From: a virus
Strand: one strand, 5' to 3'
Virus record (IMG/VR): IMGVR_UViG_3300025276_000001
Location: 1 to 64,000 of that record
DNA length: 64,000 nucleotides
Part shown: positions 1 to 8,347 of the stretch, piece by piece
Position numbering within the stretch: position 1 is the stretch's first letter
How the letters are laid out: every line of letters starts with the position of its first letter
The notes under the pieces: generated by a model
Database searches by the model: none
Told to the model about the DNA's origin: nothing
Seen by the model: the letters and a program-made list of their open reading frames with translations, nothing else
Program-made: the position numbers and the translations under genes

Positions 1-747
1 ACGGATATTGAAACTTACCTAATGTGGGGTAAAGGTGGTAGAATTAAACAAGATGGACCGGATGATATTAGATTATCTGTAGGTTTATGGTCACAGTTAG
101 ATAACTCTTTCAAAAGAGTATATAACAAGTCATCATTTACTCTTGACATGTTTAAGTCTGAGCTTTACAACTTCTATCAAGGTAAAGTTGAATTCAAAGG
201 ACCAGACCCACAAAGATCACTTGTTGTACAAACAGGTATTGCAGGAATGCAATTGATCAACAAAGCTATTGCTGATGAAGTATATGGTTCAGGTCTAGTT
301 CAAAATGCTACAGATATTGGAGCCGTTTCAGGTTCAGGTATGGATTTAGATTATGGTTTTGCTTACACAAGCTTTACTATTCCTTTCTTAGCTAACGTTA
401 AGTTTGTATTGAATCCAGCATTTGATAACTTAAACACAAATGATATTGAGAATCCATTAATTGATGGCCGTCCATTGAGCTCATTTAGTTTCATCATATT
501 TGATGTAACAGATGAAGGAAATGATAACATCCATTTATTGAAGCTTTCTTGGGATAATCAACTTAAGTGGTTCTACCAAAATGGTACTATGGACTACATG
601 GGAAGAACTCAAGGGTTTGCTTCTACTGGAAACTTTAATGGATATAGAGTTATGATGACTCAAACCATGCCAGCTATTTGGGTTAAGGATCCAACTAAAG
701 TTCTTAAAATTGTAATGAGGAATCCTATCACAGGAGGATCATTCTAG
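1..747 (+). CDS. Major capsid protein, C-terminal part (gene starts before the window)
   Basis: Frame is open from base 1. C-terminus ...GYRVMMTQTMPAIWVKDPTKVLKI resembles crAss-like HK97-fold MCP ends. Followed by a strong terminator and by the conserved post-MCP genes. Confidence 0.75.
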   Translation, partial: TDIETYLMWGKGGRIKQDGPDDIRLSVGLWSQLDNSFKRVYNKSSFTLDMFKSELYNFYQGKVEFKGPDPQRSLVVQTGIAGMQLINKAIADEVYGSGLVQNATDIGAVSGSGMDLDYGFAYTSFTIPFLANVKFVLNPAFDNLNTNDIENPLIDGRPLSSFSFIIFDVTDEGNDNIHLLKLSWDNQLKWFYQNGTMDYMGRTQGFASTGNFNGYRVMMTQTMPAIWVKDPTKVLKIVMRNPITGGSF

Positions 748-763
748 AGCTAAATAATTCAGA

Positions 764-792
764 GGGAGGTGGTTAACGCCTCCTCCCTTTTT
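764..792 (+). terminator. Rho-independent terminator after capsid gene
   Basis: GGGAGGTGGT-TAAC-GCCTCCTCCC stem (one mismatch) followed by TTTTT. Confidence 0.85.
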
Positions 793-816
793 ATTTAATT
801 TAAAAAAATAGAAATT

Positions 817-1029
817 ATGGCAAACATCATGGGCTTACAAATAAAAAAAGCAAACAAGACAACGGAATTCACTAACGCAAGTGTTTCTAAAATTCTTGCT
901 TCAACCTCTGTAGCTAAAGATATAGTTACAAGAAACTATGCAAATAATGCTGCAGCTAAAGCTGCTGGATTAGTTGACGGGGACTTGTATCATGCTGCTG
1001 GTGCAGTAAGAGTTGTGTTTACAGCTTAA
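817..1029 (+). CDS. Small putative virion protein (70 aa), possibly head fibre/decoration
   Basis: A-rich start context. C-terminal NYANNAAAKAAGLVDGDLYH motif is of a type seen in Bacteroidota phage fibre proteins. Position immediately after MCP. Confidence 0.55.
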   Translation: MANIMGLQIKKANKTTEFTNASVSKILASTSVAKDIVTRNYANNAAAKAAGLVDGDLYHAAGAVRVVFTA

Positions 1030-1086
1030 TAATCAAAACTTTAGCAAGTGTAAAAACTTGCTATAGAAATTATAATTATATAAATT

Positions 1087-1111
1087 GTACATAAAAAAAT
1101 ATGTACCTTTG
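1087..1111 (+). promoter_or_regulatory. Bacteroidota-type -7 element TACCTTTG (1104-1111) overlapped by inverted repeat GTACATA-N6-TATGTAC
   Basis: TAnnTTTG consensus about 40 bp upstream of the ATG at 1150. Another hairpin (TAGCAAGT-N6-ACTTGCTA) lies at 1042-1063. Confidence 0.5.
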
Positions 1112-1149
1112 ATTGTTAACAATTATTAATTTTAAAACCAAAAAACAAG

Positions 1150-2166
1150 ATGAATGATTACACTATTGTAGAAAAGTATCAACAAGGAAAAAGTCCTACT
1201 ATTGCAGTACGTCCTTTCTTTAGTCCAGGAAAAGAAAATATGGGCTTAGAGCAGTATGGATTATCACTTCATGATGGAGTATTCCATGAAGAAAACCTAG
1301 CGTGTTTAGAAATGAACGGTGTAAAACGCTATGTAACAGGACTTAATGAATTTGCTCCTGAAGTAAAAATGTTAGCTAAAGATAAAAAGCAAGCTAAGAT
1401 TAAAGAAATAAGAAGTACTGTTGCTCAGCTTGAAGCTGAACTAGCAGCTAATGTAGTAGATCCAGATGATAAAGACTTCTGGAATAAGCTAACAATTATG
1501 AAACCAGATAACTCTGCATTTTGGGATAAGATCTCATTAAGATGTGGTAATGATCCAGTCTTCTTAGATCCACAAAAGGATCCATATGATTTGATTAAGT
1601 TATTTGCAATTAATGCTGGTGGTTTTTCTATTGTAGCTAAATCATTAAGAAATGCTAAAGAAATGAACAACCCACCTAAGTTTTACTTAGATACAGTTGA
1701 AGAAAGCTTAAGCACAAGAACAGAATTAAGTAAGTTGAAAAACAGATCATTAGTAGAATTACAAAAACTATATGATAAGAATTCAACTAAACTAATGTAT
1801 GTTGCTAAGATATGTGATGTTGATAGTGTACAGTATGTTAAATCTACACCTAATGATATCTTATATGAAAACATGGATAACTACATTAATGGTTTTGGAC
1901 CAGAGTCTTCTAAGAAAAAAGCTGCAAGTCAGTTTTTAGAAGTTTCTAAGTTAGATATGGAAGAGTTAAAAATTAGAGCACTTATTAAAGATGCTTTATA
2001 CTATAGATTTATAACAACAAAAGCCGGAGGTTGGATAGAACCAATTGACAGTGGTATTAGACTAGGAAAAACCCCTTCAGAATGTTTAGAGTTTCTAAAG
2101 AACCCTAAGAATGAAGATTCTCTAATGTCTATACTAGATAAAGTTGAACCATATTGGGCATCCTAA
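1150..2166 (+). CDS. Conserved crAss-like protein downstream of MCP (gene 75/gp33-like), function unknown
   Basis: 338-aa ORF; assigned by synteny directly after the capsid gene. Confidence 0.6.
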   Translation: MNDYTIVEKYQQGKSPTIAVRPFFSPGKENMGLEQYGLSLHDGVFHEENLACLEMNGVKRYVTGLNEFAPEVKMLAKDKKQAKIKEIRSTVAQLEAELAANVVDPDDKDFWNKLTIMKPDNSAFWDKISLRCGNDPVFLDPQKDPYDLIKLFAINAGGFSIVAKSLRNAKEMNNPPKFYLDTVEESLSTRTELSKLKNRSLVELQKLYDKNSTKLMYVAKICDVDSVQYVKSTPNDILYENMDNYINGFGPESSKKKAASQFLEVSKLDMEELKIRALIKDALYYRFITTKAGGWIEPIDSGIRLGKTPSECLEFLKNPKNEDSLMSILDKVEPYWAS

Positions 2167-2177
2167 ATATATAAATA

Positions 2178-2882
2178 ATGAATAACAATACCCTTTTAAT
2201 TAAACTAAAGCAAAGGTTAAATAAACTTGATAGCCAAGACTATGATAACATAGAATGTTGGCAATTTGTTGAAGCATTTAATAAAGCTCAGGTTGAATGG
2301 TGTAGAAGAAATCTACATGGGGGTAATATGTATAAGGAAGGTGATGAGTTGTCAAAGAAAAGAATTGATGACTTACAACCTTTACTTATTGAGTTATCAT
2401 TAACAGGTACGTCAAATGACACATACTTTGAAACAAATAATTTTCCAGTTAGTAATTACTTAGAATTTAAAAGAGTAAGTACAAATGCAAAAACTGAATG
2501 TTGTCCAGCTAGAAGTATGACAGTTTATTTAGCTGAAGAAGCTAATGTTCCTTTACTACTTAGAGATCCTTTAAAGAATCCGGATTTTGAATGGGGAGAA
2601 ACATTTTGTACAATGATCAACAATACTATTAGAATATATAGAGGTACAGACTTTACTATAGTTAATCCAGTATTAACTTATTATAGACAACCTGTATACA
2701 TAGAAATTCTAGGTTGTGTTGATCCTTATACAGGATTAGAATCTTTAGTAAACATAGACTGTGAGTTTAAAGATGATTTAGCTGAAGTAATGCTAGATGA
2801 TGCAGCATCAATAATTGCAGGAGATATAGAAAACATATATCAACAGCAAAGATCTCAAGCTGCAGCAGAACGTAATAATTAA
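2178..2882 (+). CDS. Putative tail ring / head-tail connector protein (crAss gene 74-like)
   Basis: N-terminal LKQRLNKLDSQDY..FNKAQ and C-terminal LTYYRQP...CEF...EVMLDDAA pattern resembles crAss ring proteins; synteny. Confidence 0.6.
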   Translation: MNNNTLLIKLKQRLNKLDSQDYDNIECWQFVEAFNKAQVEWCRRNLHGGNMYKEGDELSKKRIDDLQPLLIELSLTGTSNDTYFETNNFPVSNYLEFKRVSTNAKTECCPARSMTVYLAEEANVPLLLRDPLKNPDFEWGETFCTMINNTIRIYRGTDFTIVNPVLTYYRQPVYIEILGCVDPYTGLESLVNIDCEFKDDLAEVMLDDAASIIAGDIENIYQQQRSQAAAERNN

Positions 2883-3009
2883 TATAGTAGGTTTATTAAA
2901 ATAGATTTAGTATATTAATATAGTAACACATATGTTACGAACAGAGCAAACTGATAAAAGCAATATATATAACCAGCGGGGTAATGGTCCCTGCACAAAA
3001 TTAATAATT

Positions 3010-4488
3010 ATGGCATATTTTAACAATGCGTTTTACAAAACGTTTGTAGCATCATCTGTTGACGCAGCTGCTGGTACATCAACTATTTCCCTGGCGGCAG
3101 GAGAAATAGGATTAGTAGAAGACAAAACTTGGCAGACAATGGCTATTCCAGGTGCTGTTATTCCTACTAATGCATTAGCTTACTTAGTACAAGGAAGCTT
3201 TTACACAAAAGACACAATTGGAAACAACCCAGGAAATGGTGGATACAAAGAGTCAGTAAAGTCTAAAGGGATAAACCCAAAGTTTATTTCAAGAGTATGG
3301 TCTGTTGCAGCTAACACTGCTGTTCAAGCTACTGCTACTTTAGGTTTAGGATCTTCATGTGTACCATGTGGAACTACTCAATTCATGAGAATGGATGTAA
3401 AAGGTTCTCCTGCATTACGTTTCTTAAATCACAATGCTTATGCAATTGGTGATTCAGCAAATATTTGTTGTGCTGAAGGACAAGAGTTTTTAGATCCAGC
3501 ATTAGTACTAGCTACTGAAGCTTATATGATCTTAGGTGATCCATTAATCAAGCCATTTGTTGCTGAAGCAGATATAGACGGTGTACAAGATGATGCAGGA
3601 AATGCATTAGTTGGTGGTACTGGATATGCAGCTGGTAGCAATGTAGCTGCAACAGGTGGTTCAGGAACTGGAGCATCTTTCAATGTAGTTGTTGCTGCAG
3701 GAGTAATTACTTCATTAGTAGTTTCAGCTCCAGGTAAAGGATATAAAGCAGCAGATGTATTAACTATCTCAGGTGGTAATGGTGATGCAACATTAACTTT
3801 AGCAGCAGGAGGAATTACTGCAGGTGGAGTTGTTGTATCTGTAACAGATGCGGCTGGAGAAGTTGTAGGAAGTGTATATACTATTGCTCAAGCAAAAGGT
3901 ACTGCAGCTTCTGGAAATTATGTAGCTTCACTAGTTCCAAATGCAGCAGCAGCTAAAGTTAGCGCAACTGTAACATGGGTTGGTGCTTATGTTGATACTA
4001 AATTTGGTAACTGTTCTTTTGATACTAGAGATCATTATGATGCTGAGCCAGTTGAAATTATTGCAAGTATTCTAGATGAAACTGGAAATGCATGTAATGA
4101 TTGTGGAACTGCTTCAAGAACTCCAGGTCAAATGCAACAAACGCAAGGTGAAGAAGTTATTAGAGCTTTAATCTTATCTGAAAGATACCGTCAATCTCCT
4201 TATAACCAAGGAAATGCTGACAGTGCTAGAATCAGAGAGATTGAAATGTCTGATGAGTTACTTGCTGCTGTAGATAGAACAGCTATCTATAAAGCTTACT
4301 ATGTAATGCATACAGTTCCACGTTACAATAACCCAAGTGGTGTATTTGACAATGATCAGTATGTTTACCAAATTTTTGTTAAGAGTACAGACGCTGCAGC
4401 TATAACTGCAATGGATGCTGTTGCAACTCAGTTGGTAACATTAGCAAATGCAGCTGGAAATAATATTGCAGTAGAAACAACTTTCTAA
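3010..4488 (+). CDS. Putative auxiliary capsid/structural protein (crAss gene 73/gp36-like)
   Basis: Likely start is the ATG at 3010 (MAYFNNAF) after A-rich TTAATAATT, not 2932. Ala/Gly-rich, followed by a terminator; synteny. Confidence 0.6.
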   Translation: MAYFNNAFYKTFVASSVDAAAGTSTISLAAGEIGLVEDKTWQTMAIPGAVIPTNALAYLVQGSFYTKDTIGNNPGNGGYKESVKSKGINPKFISRVWSVAANTAVQATATLGLGSSCVPCGTTQFMRMDVKGSPALRFLNHNAYAIGDSANICCAEGQEFLDPALVLATEAYMILGDPLIKPFVAEADIDGVQDDAGNALVGGTGYAAGSNVAATGGSGTGASFNVVVAAGVITSLVVSAPGKGYKAADVLTISGGNGDATLTLAAGGITAGGVVVSVTDAAGEVVGSVYTIAQAKGTAASGNYVASLVPNAAAAKVSATVTWVGAYVDTKFGNCSFDTRDHYDAEPVEIIASILDETGNACNDCGTASRTPGQMQQTQGEEVIRALILSERYRQSPYNQGNADSARIREIEMSDELLAAVDRTAIYKAYYVMHTVPRYNNPSGVFDNDQYVYQIFVKSTDAAAITAMDAVATQLVTLANAAGNNIAVETTF

Positions 4489-4530
4489 GCATACAATTTT
4501 CATAAGCGTTTATTAGCTTAAATATTAATT

Positions 4531-4561
4531 AGAGCAGGGGTATAAAACTCCTGCTCTTTTT
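4531..4561 (+). terminator. Rho-independent terminator
   Basis: AGAGCAGGGG-N7-CTCCTGCTCT stem followed by a T run. Confidence 0.85.
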
Positions 4562-4621
4562 ATTTTATAATGTCTCCTTTTTTTTGTATATTATATATAT
4601 AGCGTAATAAAGCAAAAGAAA

Positions 4622-5197
4622 ATGGCAAACAAACACATACTAAGTTTAGAAATACCAGCAGTTTCCAACTGTGAGTTGTTATGTATAAAAGATACCAGCC
4701 AGTATGCAACTGAACTAGCTGTTGATTGTGAAGAGTTATTGATAACTCTACCTGGATACTCAGTACCAATTTTAATTAAAGTAACTAAGGAATTTGACAT
4801 GTGTCTTAATGCCTGTGTGCTTAATCTTCAAAAAACTAAATGTGGTACAGTCTCTTCTGTTATACCTGACGGTATATACATAGTTAAATATAGTGTATCA
4901 CCTAATAGTAAAGTATTTGTAGAATACAACCATTTAAAAGTTTCCTCTTTAATGTCAACATACTATAATGTATTATGTGACTTAGATGTACAAGCATGTC
5001 AACCTGATTCACGTAAAGAAGATCTTTTAAGTGAAATGAATTTTATCAGGACTTTAATTGATGCTGCTGTTGCAAATGTAGAATACTGTCAATCATCAGC
5101 AAAAGGAATGCAACTTTATAGATATGCTAAACAAAGATTAAATAAAATTAGTTGCCCATCAGGTAATTGTGGTGGTAGCAATCCATATATAGTATAA
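4622..5197 (+). CDS. Cys-rich structural protein, putative tail hub / fibre-docking protein
   Basis: 191 aa; IPDGIYIVKYSV motif followed by a helical C-terminus ending in C..GNC; position before the fibre genes. Confidence 0.5.
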   Translation: MANKHILSLEIPAVSNCELLCIKDTSQYATELAVDCEELLITLPGYSVPILIKVTKEFDMCLNACVLNLQKTKCGTVSSVIPDGIYIVKYSVSPNSKVFVEYNHLKVSSLMSTYYNVLCDLDVQACQPDSRKEDLLSEMNFIRTLIDAAVANVEYCQSSAKGMQLYRYAKQRLNKISCPSGNCGGSNPYIV

Positions 5198-5218
5198 TTA
5201 AATATAAAAACCAAAATT

Positions 5219-5410
5219 ATGAATTGTAACCATTGTCATAAACCATTTACATGTGGATGCCAAAAAGCAAATGTAGCAAATGGTTTAGTAGTACATAAGA
5301 CATGTGTTAATGAATATAACCAAACACAAACTTTGATTGCTAAAGAAACAGTATCAAATTTAAGTTTGGAAATAGCTAGACAAAAAATAGTAGACCTAAC
5401 AAATAAGTAA
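5219..5410 (+). CDS. Small Cys/His-rich protein (63 aa), possible metal-binding
   Basis: MNCNHC..FTCGCQ..VHKTC; stop overlaps the next start (TAATG). Confidence 0.6.
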   Translation: MNCNHCHKPFTCGCQKANVANGLVVHKTCVNEYNQTQTLIAKETVSNLSLEIARQKIVDLTNK

Positions 5411-5949
5411 TGGCCACACCAAAAGGAGTATCAAATAATAATGAAATAGTTAAGAATGCTTTGGCAGCACAAATAAAAACTGAAAAGAATTTTGCTACTC
5501 AAGTATATGCTAAATTTAATTCAATAAAGTTTGGAATAGATTCTTGTTGCTATACTGATTATGTATCAGCAGTATTATCTAAGTCTTTGTGTGATTGGCA
5601 AAATGCTTCTAGTGATAAAGTAGTAGCATCTACTGATGTAAACGGAGTATTTGTAGAACCATTAGCAAAAATAAATAAAAAAGCAAGTATGGCATGTCCA
5701 GCAACCCCATCTAACGTATGTACTATAGTAAACCTAAAAGAACTTTTAGGAGGCAATACAACTTTCACACAATGTTTTGAAGTAGCATCTACCTCATGGA
5801 CTATTACACATCTCTTAGGTAGGTATCCATCCGTAACAGTAGTTGATGGTCAAAACGAAATAGTAGTTGCAGATATAGATTATGTAAGTAGTCAACAATT
5901 AACAATAACATTCAGCATACCCTTTGCAGGTTGTGCCTTTTTAAATTAA
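5410..5949 (+). CDS. Structural protein with C-terminal 'WTITHxLGRYPSVTVVD' beta domain (fibre-associated)
   Basis: 179 aa, translationally coupled to the upstream ORF; C-terminal motif is common in phage fibre/tail proteins. Confidence 0.6.
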   Translation: MATPKGVSNNNEIVKNALAAQIKTEKNFATQVYAKFNSIKFGIDSCCYTDYVSAVLSKSLCDWQNASSDKVVASTDVNGVFVEPLAKINKKASMACPATPSNVCTIVNLKELLGGNTTFTQCFEVASTSWTITHLLGRYPSVTVVDGQNEIVVADIDYVSSQQLTITFSIPFAGCAFLN

Positions 5950-5975
5950 ATAACAATAACTTAAACAATAATAAT

Positions 5976-8249
5976 ATGATACAATTTCTTTCAGGTCTAG
6001 ATATTCAAGGGAATATAGACCTAAACAGCAATCAGATCAAAGAGGTTGTTATAGATAATTTGACAGCGGATCCTACTGGGGCTGAAGGAAGAATCTATTA
6101 CAACACGGGTACTGATAAACTTAGACTTTATGCCGGTGGTGCATGGGCAGATCTATCAACAGCTTCAGATTCAAATACAACTTATGATTTATCAGGTGTT
6201 GGATCTACAAACGGAACAGCAGGTGTTAGGCTTGCAGGTTCAGATGGAACTAATGATGATGTACTAGTAGTAGGTGCAGGTACAGTAGGTGTAACAAGAA
6301 GTGGTAATACACTTACAGTTACAGGTGCTGATTCAGCAGCAGGTACCGTAACAGATGTTACAAGTGGTAAAGGTATTTTAATATCAGGTACATCAACAGT
6401 TACACCAGCAGTTAACATTAAAATTACAGGTGCAGACAATGCAATTCTATTTTTAGATGAAGCAGACGCTCCTAAAGATAGTTTCCTTTGGTTTTCTGAT
6501 TCATCTGATGAAACGCTTAAGAAAGTTCAAGTACAAAACATGCCAGGATATGGTAAGGATGGTACAGTAACTTCTGTAGGATCTGGAGCTGGTTTAACTG
6601 GTGGAGCTATTACAGGTTCAGGAACTTTAGCTGTAGATTATATAGGTTCAGATAACGTTATATTAGCTGCCGGAGATGGAACAGCTGTAACTGTAGCTTC
6701 TACAGATAAGATTATGGTAAGTGATGCTACTGATAGCAATGCTAAGTATGTAAACATTTCACAGATTACTGCTGCAATTGGTGGTGGTACTGTAACAGAA
6801 GTAGATGCAAGTGGAACAGTAAATGGATTAACATTAGCAACTACTCCAGCAGGTGGAATAACTGCAACAGGTTCAGTTAACCTTGGAGGTACACTTGCTA
6901 TAAATAATGCTGATTGGTCAGGAGCTGATTTAGCAGTAACTAATGGTGGTACTGGAGCAAGCAATGCAACAGATGCAAGAACTAATTTAGGAGCAGGTAC
7001 TGGAGATGGTTCTGTGACTAGTGTAGCTTTAGGTGCAGATAATGGTGCTGGTACAGCAATTTCAACAACAGGTACTTTAACTGTAGTAGGTGGTACAAAT
7101 GTTACTACATCTATTACTGGACGTGCAATTACTATTAATGCTACAGATTCAAATGTAGGTACAGTAACGTCTATAGCAACTGGTAATGGTATATCAGGAG
7201 GAACAATTACTGCTACTGGTACTTTAACAGTTGGAGCTGGTGATGGTTTATCACAATCAGCTACAGGTTTATTAGTAGATGGTACAGTTGTAAGAACTTC
7301 AGGTGATCAAACTATAGCTGGTGTTAAAACATTCAGTGATCAAGTAGTAGTTCCAGCAACTCCAACAGGAGCAAATAATGTAGCTTCTAAGGCTTATGTG
7401 CTTTCACAAATTGGTGGAGTAGGAGGATTTAGAGGAGGCTATAATGCAACAACTAACTCTCCAGCATTAAGTGGTGGTAGTAACGTTGCAATGGCATTAG
7501 GAGATTTCTTTGTAGTAGATGTAGCAGGAGATAACGGAGATTATTTTGATACCTTAGAACCTGGAGATTTTATATTTGCAGATGCAGCAATTGTTGCAAG
7601 TTCAAGTCCAGCAGTATCAGCTTATACAGTTGTTATTGCAGATCAGAATATTGCAGGTGTAGGAGCTAATGATGGAGTAACAACAAAAGGTGTTGCAGGA
7701 TTTAGTAGTGCATCTTTTGCAGGAACATCAAATGGATTCATTACTGTTAAAGCAGATGGAATCACCAATGCAATGTTAGAAGGACCAGTTAATACAATAA
7801 TTGGTACTGATACTGATTTAGCTACTGGTGGTGTAGATGTTGTAAATGATATTACTGTTACAGACGGTGTTATAACATTTATGGACAAGAGAACATTACC
7901 AAGTTCTACAACAAGTGCAGTTGGTGTTACAGAGATTGCAACACAAGCGGAAGTAAATGCAGGAACAGATTCATTTAGATATGTAACTCCAGCTACTTTA
8001 AAAGGCCGTCAGGATTTACGTAATTACTCTGGTGCATTTCCAGTTGGATCACCAGCATTAACGTGGACAATAGCAGTAGACACACATAAATTAGGTGTAG
8101 GTCCATTTATTATACAAACCTATAATATCAAGAAACAACAAGTGTTTGTTGATATTGAGATTGCAGACACTGGAGATGTTAAATTTTCAACTACTGCAGA
8201 TCAAGCAATAGGAAGTATCACATGTAATATATTGAAAGCTTCAAGTTAA
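5976..8249 (+). CDS. Tail fibre protein 1 (Gly/Thr-rich)
   Basis: Likely start at 5976 (MIQFLSG). Repeated GTVTSV-x-G-GL-GG-IT-SGT motifs, GDQTIAGVKTF and ATQAEVNAGTD..VTP fibre motifs. Confidence 0.8.
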   Translation: MIQFLSGLDIQGNIDLNSNQIKEVVIDNLTADPTGAEGRIYYNTGTDKLRLYAGGAWADLSTASDSNTTYDLSGVGSTNGTAGVRLAGSDGTNDDVLVVGAGTVGVTRSGNTLTVTGADSAAGTVTDVTSGKGILISGTSTVTPAVNIKITGADNAILFLDEADAPKDSFLWFSDSSDETLKKVQVQNMPGYGKDGTVTSVGSGAGLTGGAITGSGTLAVDYIGSDNVILAAGDGTAVTVASTDKIMVSDATDSNAKYVNISQITAAIGGGTVTEVDASGTVNGLTLATTPAGGITATGSVNLGGTLAINNADWSGADLAVTNGGTGASNATDARTNLGAGTGDGSVTSVALGADNGAGTAISTTGTLTVVGGTNVTTSITGRAITINATDSNVGTVTSIATGNGISGGTITATGTLTVGAGDGLSQSATGLLVDGTVVRTSGDQTIAGVKTFSDQVVVPATPTGANNVASKAYVLSQIGGVGGFRGGYNATTNSPALSGGSNVAMALGDFFVVDVAGDNGDYFDTLEPGDFIFADAAIVASSSPAVSAYTVVIADQNIAGVGANDGVTTKGVAGFSSASFAGTSNGFITVKADGITNAMLEGPVNTIIGTDTDLATGGVDVVNDITVTDGVITFMDKRTLPSSTTSAVGVTEIATQAEVNAGTDSFRYVTPATLKGRQDLRNYSGAFPVGSPALTWTIAVDTHKLGVGPFIIQTYNIKKQQVFVDIEIADTGDVKFSTTADQAIGSITCNILKASS

Positions 8250-8262
8250 TATAAATTAAAAT

Positions 8263-8314
8263 TGATAAAGGGAGTTTCTAAATACTAAACGGGTTTAGTG
8301 CTCCCTTTTTATCA
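8263..8314 (+). terminator. Terminator-like composite hairpin between fibre genes
   Basis: TGATAAAGGGAG...CTCCCTTTTTATCA outer stem with inner TACTAAA-CGGG-TTTAGTG hairpin; followed by the promoter-like TATCTTAG (8324-8331). Confidence 0.6.
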
Positions 8315-8347
8315 TAAAAATATTATCTTAGCAAAACAAAATAAATT

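Noticed and set aside
2932-3009. Upstream starts given by the ORF track (2932, also 5931, 17956, 62018)
   Set aside because: Downstream ATGs (3010, 5976, 17980, 62024) have the A-rich Bacteroidota initiation context and avoid overlap with promoter elements or the previous gene.
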